A DNA stretch of 64,000 nucleotides from Eledone cirrhosa (Eukaryota), in NCBI GenBank assembly GCA_964016885.1, contig OZ024741.1, positions 114,266,001 to 114,330,000 of the forward strand. The letters run 5' to 3'. Positions 55,004-64,000 of this stretch are shown here, piece by piece. How positions within the stretch are numbered: position 1 is the stretch's first letter; the number at the start of each line of letters is the position of its first letter. Both the position numbers and the translations under genes were made by a program. The notes below the pieces were generated by a model. It saw only the letters and a program-made list of their open reading frames with translations, was not told the origin of the DNA and made no database searches.

Positions 55004-55900
55004 TTTGTTTCTATGCTCATACCTCTATTTTCACTTGCACTCATTCTTGCATTGCGTATATTCATCCTTCTGCTCCTCTTCTGCCTTCTCTCCATCCTAT
55101 TTCTGCTTATATTTATCAACAATAAATCATCCGTTCGCACGCCTTCTCTCTTCTTTCTTTCATTTGATGAACATGCTTGCGCAATTTTAGCAGTAATACC
55201 CTCCCGGTCTTCTTCCTTATATCTCTCTCTTTCTCTCTTTTCCTTTCTCTTTCTCCTTCTTCATCTTTCTCTGCATATTTCTCTGTTTCTTTCTTCCTCT
55301 TTCTTTCTTTTCTTTACCTTCACTATTTCTATCCCCCCTCTTTTCTTTCTATCTGTATCTCTATTACTACTACTATTTTGATGTGAAAGTTTGAACTCGT
55401 AAATTTGCCGGTTACATATTTATTTGTATTTTCTCTCTCTCTCTATCGTCTTTCCTCCTTCCCTCCTTTCCATCTATCCTCCTTCCTCTATTTCTCTATA
55501 TCTTTATTATTAATATTAATATTGATGTGGCAATTTGAATTTGTAATTTTACCGTTCCGTATATCTATTTTATTTTCTCTTGGTCCCTGACGAAATGATG
55601 GGGATAATATGTATTTTAAATTGAGTGACACTACCTTCTGTGTTTAGCAATTTTTAGACAACTATATCATAGAAATACTTGTTATACTGTAAATAAATTT
55701 CCTTGTTGGTACTGTCGACCATGTTATTCTTCAATTTTTCAATTTTATTACCCCAAGATATACTTACACAGGAATACAAGTGAAGTCATAAACTCGTCAT
55801 CCACGTAAACCTCTTGTTGAGTTTTACAACGCCGTACGCTTAAACTATTCATGATAAGAAGTTTTCACAACCTCTAATCGGATTACCTTTAACGATATCT
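52322..55900 (+). mobile_element. Hydra-clade-like PLE 4: inverted pLTR piece + 5'-truncated ORF (~52622-54399) + pLTR
   Basis: DIGRISK, FDINYYYSSI, FDITMGS, GGIYRDD, CNCHLPDKCPLQNRC, LVYLC..YIGST; ~52322-52597 pairs with ~55473-55744. Confidence 0.9.
55582..55688 (+). ncRNA. Hammerhead motif with 78-nt stem II (minus copies 52378-52484, 56882-56988)
   Basis: Three-copy consensus GGTCY-CTGACGA-A-ATGATGGAG..CTCTATCAT-A-GAAA-CAATTG-TT|AGACT; each copy carries its own substitution. Confidence 0.65.
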
Positions 55901-55922
55901 TATCTTATCTTATATATATATA

Positions 55923-56619
55923 TTGTCGAGTGCTTTGCTAACTCATTCATATCGTAGGTCGAATTTGCTTGCACACCGCCAGAGATTCGATTTTACTAAG
56001 CCTCCAATTATATTATTTTCTCCTAGATTTAATAATTAACTAATAATTTAATTAAACAATTCTGTTGATTGGTTAATTATTTGTGTTTGTTTAATAACAT
56101 CTGGTCGAGAGCTTATTCTGAATGTTAGCGGAAATTATAATATTTCCTTTGTCTAACACTTTGAATGACCCGCCAAAAACCGGGGTTATTTCCCTTGTTG
56201 GAAATAACACGTGACAACTAAATATTCGATTCGCTGCTGCTAGCTGCAACATTTAGTATCTCGCCCCGTTCTTTGGTAGAACGAAATTCCTGTTGAAGAA
56301 GTGAGTTCTCTGTTCGATCACGAATACCACGAGCTTGCCAGTTACGTAAGTCTGATATTTGATTTCGAATTCTTAGAAACACTTTAAACGTATAACGTTT
56401 GATTTGTCCAGGTGTATTTTTTCAACCTGTTAGTTCTTTCGTTACTTTGGTATTGTGTGTTAGATTTTGCCTACCACAATGTTCAATTTGTCGAGCTATT
56501 TAAACGTATGTTATTATTCTAAGGACCTACCTTGTCGAGTGTTTTGCTAACTCATTCATATCGTAGGTCGAATTTGCTTGCACACCGTCAGAGATTCGAT
56601 TTTACTAAGCCTCCAATTA
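55923..56619 (+). mobile_element. Unclassified non-coding element with 88-bp direct terminal repeats, in (TA)n
   Basis: 55923-56010 nearly identical to 56532-56619. Confidence 0.75.
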
Positions 56620-56628
56620 TATATATAT

Positions 56629-56990
56629 ATAAGAAGTTTTCACAACCTCTAATCGGATTACCTTTAACAAGATATCGTTAAAGGTAATCCGATTAGAGGT
56701 TGTGAAAACTTCTTATCATGAATAGTTTAAGCGTACGGCGTTGTAAGACTCAACAAGAGGTTTACGTGGATGACGAGTTTATGACTTCACTTGTATTCCT
56801 GTGTAAGTATATCTTGGAGTAATAAAATTGAAAAATTGAAGAATAACATGGTCGACAGTACCAACAAGGAAATTTATTTACAGTCTAACAATTGTTTCTA
56901 TGATATAGTTGTCTAAAAATTGCTAAACACAGAAGGCAGTGTCACTCAATTTAAAATACATATTATCTCCATCATTTCGCCAGGGACCAG
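56629..56990 (-). repeat. Inverted copy of PLE 4 pLTR end beginning with a perfect 40-bp-arm hairpin
   Basis: 56629-56668 pairs with 56677-56716; remainder is the reverse complement of 55582-55900. Confidence 0.85.
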
Positions 56991-57423
56991 TGCTTAATTA
57001 ATCCATTGCTTTGCGAGAGTTTAAAGGGTGAAATGAAGCCTGATAGTATTGATATATATATATATCAATTGACAAACACAGACGCGCATCTGCTAGATAG
57101 TTCAACATTAAAAGGGACAAAGCACTGAGATACAAATAGATAAAATGATATTAGTTCAGGGTTGTTGGAAAAAGAATCTCAATCTATGTAATTTTAGTAT
57201 TTCATCCGGAATAAGGAAGTTGGGAGAAAGATGAGGTTGGAGAGTAACAAAAAAAAAAATGAATTATCAGGATTGGTGTGGTGAGCAGGCATGTATTCCG
57301 GCGTGCGCGGTTCAGTGCCGAGGTGGTGGTGGAGCCTCGGAGTTTATCATAGGTGTTGTTATGTGTGTACGAATGAGGTGCATTTTGTGAGTGTGCGTGA
57401 TGTTATCATTTGCTGTGTGTGCA

Positions 57424-57645
57424 GGGCGGTGGATTGGCTGTATCGGTAGAGCATTGGACAACATGCTTTGCGACATAGAGTTATGACCCTTTACAATCTG
57501 AGTTCAAATTCTGCCAAGGTTAGCTTTGCCTTTAATCCTTACGGGGTCGATAAAATAAAGCACCAGTAACGTACTGGGGTCGATTCAATCGAGTCCCCCC
57601 ACAAAAAAATTGTTGGCCTTGAGCCTAAATCAGAAACCATTATTT
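57424..57645 (+). mobile_element. Meta-domain tRNA-SINE
   Basis: Head, B-box, Meta core and tail. Confidence 0.85.
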
Positions 57646-58827
57646 GTTGGGTGTGTGTGTGTGTGTTGGAGTGGTATATATTTTGTTCGTGATGGTGTGT
57701 CTGGCTATATTATCAGGGAATTGATGTGTATATGTATGTTGTTTGTGTGTATGTATGAGTGTTTACGTGTCCTTATGTGTGTGTTTGTGTGTGTAAGTGT
57801 TTGTGTGTCTCTATGTGTATAAGAAGCGATATCCCCAAAGCTGTATTCTGAAGATTCCTTTATTGGATTTCAAAAGTTGAGTTGGGAATGGTTGTATTCC
57901 GTGTGAGTAGTTTCAGCTATTAAAACGCGGTCGATTATTTAAATGTAATTAAAATGTGACTCTAATTTTGGAACTTTTATCAACCAATCAATCAAGTTAC
58001 CATCAACCACTGCGGTGTTCCGCTAGACGTTTTACTGTGTGTCCATCACAGTATTTCAATGAGCTTTAGAAATGTTAGGCGGTGCCCATCTCTTCAAGTA
58101 TCCAGTTATTCAGCAGAAGCAGTTCCTATAGTGTGACTGAAAAATGTCCCGGAGCTAAAAGTCAGAGTCAGGTGAGAACCAATATGTCTGTTCATCCTTA
58201 AGGATGCTTCTGCTAGACATCAAGGTATTCTCTCTCGCCGGACACTGGTTTTGAGGTAAGTTATAAAATCTTTTATTCACAGTTGTATAAAAATATAATA
58301 ACATAATGCTTACAGAAGGAAAACGCAAACGAATATAGTATATACAAATATAAACGCATAAAAGAGAGATATTAAAGAAAACAAGAAAGGGGAGGGGGCT
58401 CTCCACCAAGTGCGACAATCGGCCGCACATCCCATCATAAGTTAACCTAGTTGGTGGTGAATTTCCCCCAACCTTTTCTTCTTCATTTTTAATATTTTTT
58501 ATCTCTCTTTGAGATAATGTTTCTTTAAAGCAGAGAGAACGGTACATAACAGCATTGTTTCTCCGCGACGTTTTCCTATGACCGGTATTTTTCACTATAT
58601 TCAGGGATTCGGTAGAAGACAGTTGTCATAAGTGTCGTAAGGCATAATTAAACCCAAAACCAAATAGTTCTGTTTTGAAATGAACGACTTACCGACACAG
58701 CTATGGCCTTATTAAAGATTAGTTCATATCTTTTATCATTTTGCATTTATAAGACATAATCGGATTTATGCTGGAGTTCAGCATGTAGTATTTAATATAT
58801 CAGCTTTATTTCGGTATATAGATAACG

Positions 58828-58892
<65 letters not shown>

Positions 58893-58960
58893 CTTCTTCT
58901 TCTTCTTCTTCTTCTTCTTCTTCTTCTTCTTCTTCTTCTTCTTCTTCTTCTTCTTCTTCT
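58828..58960. repeat. Compound (TTG)n(TTC)n microsatellite
   Basis: Direct reading. Confidence 0.95.
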
Positions 58961-59077
58961 CCCACTTATTCATGAGAGGGTTGTGGAGGGAGAGTCTGAA
59001 ACACTCCTTCCAATGGGTCCTTCAGATTTGACTACCGAACTGATACTGTTGTATATTGAAATGAGCTACCATCTGAA

Positions 59078-59325
59078 GATGCGTGACCGAGTGGTAAATG
59101 TGTTACTTATGTTCATAATGCTATGGCTTCGATTCCTGGAATGAGTTGTGAGTTGTGTTCTTCAGCGAAACACTTCATTTCATATTGCATTGCTCCAGTA
59201 TACTCAGCTGAAAATAAATATCAACAATTGCTGCAAGTTTAACCCTGCCATGGAATGGTGTCCTGTCCAAGGGGGAGTCTTGTAGTCTCAGTCGCTTAGC
59301 GCTACTGAAACCAGGATAAGCATCA
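59078..59325 (+). mobile_element. CORE-type tRNA-derived SINE (degenerate)
   Basis: TGACCGAGTGG A-box, TTCGATTCC B-box, ACACTTCATT..TTGCTCCAGT..ACTCAGCTG core, AACCCTGC.ATGGA.TGG.GTCC.GTCCA.GGGG. Confidence 0.65.
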
Positions 59326-60746
59326 ACACAAACTTTAGACATAGACAGGAAAGAAACCGTTTACATCACTGACAATCGCCAGGCAGTGATGGCTAATCAT
59401 ATCAAAAGCTTTCAATTGATCCAAATAAGTCAGACCCTCAGCGAAGCCAAATATGTTGCCAAACTCCTCTAGGATATATCACTTGAGGCAGAGGTTGTGG
59501 ATAGATCTGATCAGGATCGTGCAGGTCTTTGCTTCGTTGATCACAGTAATATTGGTAAGCGACAATTTCTTTGCAAGCAAGAATCTTATTTTATATATTT
59601 TGGATAAAATCTCAAACACTACATTGAGCAAGGTTGTGATACATCAATTATAAATGATGCTCCTCTTGTTTACGCCCTTCTGTACCAATGCTACCACACT
59701 ATGGAACACAAATTAGGAATTCCCTCGTTCTGTTGTTAGTTGCAGTAGACGTCTATCAAATATTGGCGAATAAGTCTGGCAGATATATGTAAAACTAATT
59801 GGGCAGATAATTCAAACCAGGCAATTTATTCCTTGTACAACCATATCTCAGCTGCTATTATTGGCTTTTCGCAATTCTCAGCATCTTCTGTCGAGAGCAG
59901 CAACAAGCCGTCGAGGAAGGCACCAAAGTCTACAGATATCTCACATTCTCCCCCAAAATTTGAGCTAATAATAGTATCATCAATGGAAAGACCAAAGACC
60001 AATGGAAACATTGCTCCCTTGGTCTGATTTCACGAACTTCATCCTAGTAAGCGAATGAGGTCTGTGATCTTGTCAATCACCCCATTTCTTTTACCCACAT
60101 GATTTACAAAATATAGCATGTTGGTGTTATTGTTGATGTTATTTCCTTTTACTAATATCTCCACAACCATTTTTTGTGTATTTTTCCATCGCAGAACTGT
60201 AAGTGTATTTAATCTTGAAGCTTTGCCCGTAAGTTTGATTTAGTTCATTGCTTGTCTTTTTTTTTCACATTCACATCATAATTAAGGAATCAAAGAACGT
60301 TGTTTGTATGAAGTATAATGATTAGTTGAACAAATTACGGAACCACTGCAAGTCATTTCATAGTACAAATTAAGTTTCCCATAAGACGCTAGACATGTTA
60401 TCTGCAATTGGATTATTATTTATGATCCTATTATTCATTAACTCTTATTGTTAAGACACGGACATATTTTCTGTTTGTTATTGAGAGTTCTGTAAGATTG
60501 AAATAAACAGATTCAGATTTAAAAATATGTTATTAAAGCCAACAATCTGCATTACATGTTAAGAAAGATGTTTCTTTGTGAAAATACTCGCCATTACTCT
60601 CACACTCATTTCCTGTCTTTAGAAAAATGACCCATAACCCGAAATACTATGAAAGATAAGTCAATAGTTTAAACCTTTTTTTCTTGTTTGTTTTTGTGTC
60701 TCTAGTTTTCACTCCTTTGTACTGGCTTTCTCAAAACAATCTTAAC

Positions 60747-60850
60747 TACCGTATATACTGGAGTAATAGTCCCTCTCATGTAAAAGTCGACCCCCTATTT
60801 TTGGTAAACAATCTGGAATTTTCCATAGACCTCTTATAAAAGTCGATCTT
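60747..60850 (+). mobile_element. Tc2/pogo-like DNA transposon end fragment
   Basis: TA-CCGTATATACTGGAGTA.. with repeated TAAAAGTCGA. Confidence 0.45.
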
Positions 60851-61147
60851 AGTATTTCACGAATAACAAATCAACGTAGAAATAACACTGTTACAAATTT
60901 ATATTATTGTAAATACATGTCTGAAACTAAATATTTATCCAAACATGTGCCTACCTAACAGTAGCCTGCTCTTAGTTGCTGAATTAATTATAAATAAAAA
61001 TGCAGCACTAATATACTGTACCATAACACACTTATGAAGAGTGTGACTTTAGTCACAAATAGGAAGGTATATGTGATTGAAGAGTTGAGATACGAAACAC
61101 ATCGAGCTTGTTTGCGCACAGTATTATGATATATTACCCATAATAAT

Positions 61148-61331
61148 TGTTTTTACTTTTGGCACAAGGCCAGCAAATTACCCAGTGTATTACTGGTACT
61201 TTATTGTATCCACCCCGTAAGGATGAAAGGCAAAGTTAACCTCGACGGATTTGAACTCAGAATGGCAAGGGCCGTAACTCTATGCGTCAAAGCATGGTGT
61301 CTGACCCTCTACCGATACTGCCAATACACCA
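61148..61331 (-). mobile_element. Meta-domain tRNA-SINE with TSD CCCATAATAAT
   Basis: Full-length copy; TSD at ~61137-61147 and ~61332-61342. Confidence 0.88.
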
Positions 61332-61860
61332 CCCATAATAATATACAGTAATTATGAGATATAAATTGATTGTATTAAGCTAGTCTGTTAGGTTTGATAA
61401 ATACGAGTAAAAGAGCAAGTGTAAACATTTATAAGAGCTATGTGCCTTGTTTATGGATTTTGTTATTTACTAGGACGTGTGTTTTGATGCATAGAATCGG
61501 TAATATTACCCACTATGCCTTTGTTCTTATTCATTTGGAGATCAGTTGAGCTTCTGCTACTGATACAGTAGTTTGGATTCTAGCTTGAATTTCAAGCCCC
61601 TCAAAAGTAGCATCCATATAATAGTGAATTCCATAAAAGAAACCACCCTCATTCGCTTATCGAGTGGAGTGGAACTCATCAAATCGGACCAGTGAAACAA
61701 TGTTTCCATTGGTCTTTCTATTGCTGATACTATCTACCGGTCACAACTGACAGAAATAAAAACGTGAAATAAAGTGTCCAAATATCGCACTGCATGGCCG
61801 AATTGAACTCGCAATCGTGAAATTGCGAATCCAATTCTCTTGCCATAAGCTACGTGCCTT

Positions 61861-63914
61861 TGTAGTAAGACGCCTCACTCCTCTTGATAGAACAACGCTG
61901 GTTGAGAACGCGAGAAAGAAAAAAACAGACAGCCACTGAAAAGCCGACTGATCACACGCCATAAACCATTGACTTTTGCTTTGAGAGCGAAGGCTGATAA
62001 ATACTCGCCCAGAGAGACGAGACACCTTGATTTCATCTCGCAATATACGAGTGATATCCAGCACATTCCGGGTTCACTAAATACAGCGGCCGATGCTTTG
62101 TCCTGCTTACTCGCGACAGCGATCTCGTCATCCTCTGACATAGATCTGACTCGTTTGGCTGCGGATCAGCCTCCCCTTGAGTCATTGGATGTTACATCGC
62201 CTGAGTTTGCGAATTGCGAGATGAAATACTTGCCTCTGTCGACTGCAGTTGGCCAAATCCTCTGCGACGTCTCTTTGGACGTGCCTAGGCCCTTCGTTCC
62301 AGAGAATCATCGTCGGACCGTGTTTCTGGCATTACATAGTATCTCGCATCCAGGATCTTCTGCCACAGCAAAGCTCATATCAGCTAGATTTTTCTGGCCA
62401 AATATGAGGCGTGAAATTGCTGCTTGGTGCCGTTCCTGCGTCGCTTGCCAGAGATCAAAGGTCCATCGACACGTCAAGGCTCCCCTGGGTACCTTTGCTA
62501 ATCCAGATGCGCGTTTTTCACATATTCATATTGACATAGTGGGACCTTGGCCTGTCAGCGATGGTTTTTCTTATCTGCTGACCGTCATTGACCGGTTTTC
62601 GAGATGGCCTGAGGCCATCCCCTTGAAAAACATCACCGCGGAGACAACAGCACGTGCTCTTGTGTCTGGATGGATCTCTCGTTATGGAGTTCCATCCACA
62701 ATAACTACCGACCGTGGACGACAGTTCGAGTCGAGCCTTTTCCTCGAGCTGTCAACATTAATTGGTGCTAAACGCATTAGAACTACGGCGTACCACCCCG
62801 CTTCGAATGGTATGGTGGAGCGTTTTCATCGCCAACTGAAGGCCTCCTTAATGGCCTCAATGGACTCGGCGCATTGGAGCGAGTACCTCCCTATTGTGCT
62901 ACTAGGGATTCGGTCAACGGTGAAGGTCGACTTTGGATTTTCACCGGCCGAAGTACTGTACGGTGCCCTTCTGACGTTGCCCGGGAAAATGCTTGCCCCT
63001 ATCGATCTTGATGCCCAAGATCACGCTTCCTACGTGTCCCGTTTGCGCTCCTATTTCCAGGATTTGCCGCCAATGGACACTAGGAAACAAACTGTCAAGA
63101 CTGCTATCCCGAGGGATATTGCCTCGTGGACGCATGTCTTTGTAAGGAAAGATTCTGTGAAGCCCCCGCTCACACAGCCTTACACGCTCGGCTAAGCATT
63201 TCACGTTAGATATTAAGGGGTCCAGGGAAACAGTTACAATAGACAGACTTAAGCAGGCGCACCTTGACACGGACGCTGTGGTTCCTGATCCACGAACCCC
63301 TTCGTATTTGCCTGTTGAGCGAACGCCTGTTCCTGATCCACCATCATCGCCTATCCCTACACCACCACCATCGCCACGTTACAAGACCACGACCCGTTCA
63401 GGTCGTAGGGTCCACTGGCCCAAAAAATTTTGCAGCACCGTCTATATTTAGACTATGTTAGCTGCACCTTTTTTTTGTCTCTGTGTTTCTGCTTTTTCTT
63501 TGCCTTGTTTTTTTTTATGCAGGCATGTTGTTTTTTTTTTTAACATTTTTCAAATCCTTATTCTGGATTCAATTTTTGGTAGAGCGAATAGCTCCCCCTT
63601 GTTGCATTGTTCGCCATCTTACTCCACATGTAAGTAATGACATCGATTTTCGATAATTTGAAAATCTGGCAGGGGATACTGTAGTAAGACGCCTCACTCC
63701 TCTTGATAGAACAACGCTGGTTGAGAACGCGAGAAAGAAAAAAACAGACAGCCACTGAAAAGCCGACTGATCACACGCCAGAAACCAGCCTCTGTACCGC
63801 ACCATTGTTTGTGCTACATCAAAAATAAACATATATTTCATCTCTAATTTCTGCTGTTGAAATCATTATTATGTCACTCGTATCTCAATAACATCTATAA
63901 CTAATACTGCTAAA
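61861..63914 (+). mobile_element. Internally deleted Ty3/Gypsy LTR retrotransposon
   Basis: 61861-61961 identical to 63680-63780 (starts TGTAG); purine tract GGCAGGGGA before 3' LTR; AATAAA in 3' LTR; probable TSD CCTT at 61857-61860 and 63915-63918. Confidence 0.85.
61969..63195 (+). CDS. Gypsy pol remnant: RNase H end + integrase (H2C2, DDE)
   Basis: [68 protein letters not shown]. Confidence 0.9.
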   Translation: MTFALRAKADKYSPRETRHLDFISQYTSDIQHIPGSLNTAADALSCLLATAISSSSDIDLTRLAADQPPLESLDVTSPEFANCEMKYLPLSTAVGQILCDVSLDVPRPFVPENHRRTVFLALHSISHPGSSATAKLISARFFWPNMRREIAAWCRSCVACQRSKVHRHVKAPLGTFANPDARFSHIHIDIVGPWPVSDGFSYLLTVIDRFSRWPEAIPLKNITAETTARALVSGWISRYGVPSTITTDRGRQFESSLFLELSTLIGAKRIRTTAYHPASNGMVERFHRQLKASLMASMDSAHWSEYLPIVLLGIRSTVKVDFGFSPAEVLYGALLTLPGKMLAPIDLDAQDHASYVSRLRSYFQDLPPMDTRKQTVKTAIPRDIASWTHVFVRKDSVKPPLTQPYTLG

Positions 63915-64000
63915 CCTTCATTATATGAACGTGAACATTTGTAAACGAATTGTTTGAAAAATAGAAACAAAATATTTAGCAATAGTTACAACGGAAAGGA

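Noticed and set aside
59400-59800. Possible ancient RTE/L2 RT remnant
   Set aside because: Only faint motif similarity; needs a profile search

Overview
AT-rich eukaryotic DNA made almost entirely of transposable elements and microsatellites, with no host protein-coding gene recognisable. The SINE types and repeat content suggest a mollusc, probably an octopus (inference). The dominant feature is a dense cluster of Penelope-like retroelements (PLEs) inserted into (TA)n tracts. These include at least five Hydra-clade-like copies (YRDD reverse transcriptase, CxC-x5-C-x5-C linker, GIY-YIG endonuclease) and three copies of a second family whose RT has a ~70-aa insertion between motifs A and B'. 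There are also several non-coding inverted or tandem derivatives. Reading the pseudo-LTRs (pLTRs) by eye gives about 20 type I hammerhead ribozyme (HHR) motifs from about 10 sequence families. One is a 310-bp non-coding tandem unit with two identical HHRs, a candidate retrozyme that could yield a circular RNA. Also present: tail-to-tail RTE LINEs (one near full-length, with a PHD-like finger inside the RT), two R4/Dong-like LINEs in (TAA)n, Tx1/L1 and CRE-like fragments, at least 14 Meta-domain tRNA-SINE copies, CORE-type SINEs, MITEs, and an internally deleted Gypsy element with LTRs. All folds and alignments were done by eye; coordinates of degenerate elements are approximate.
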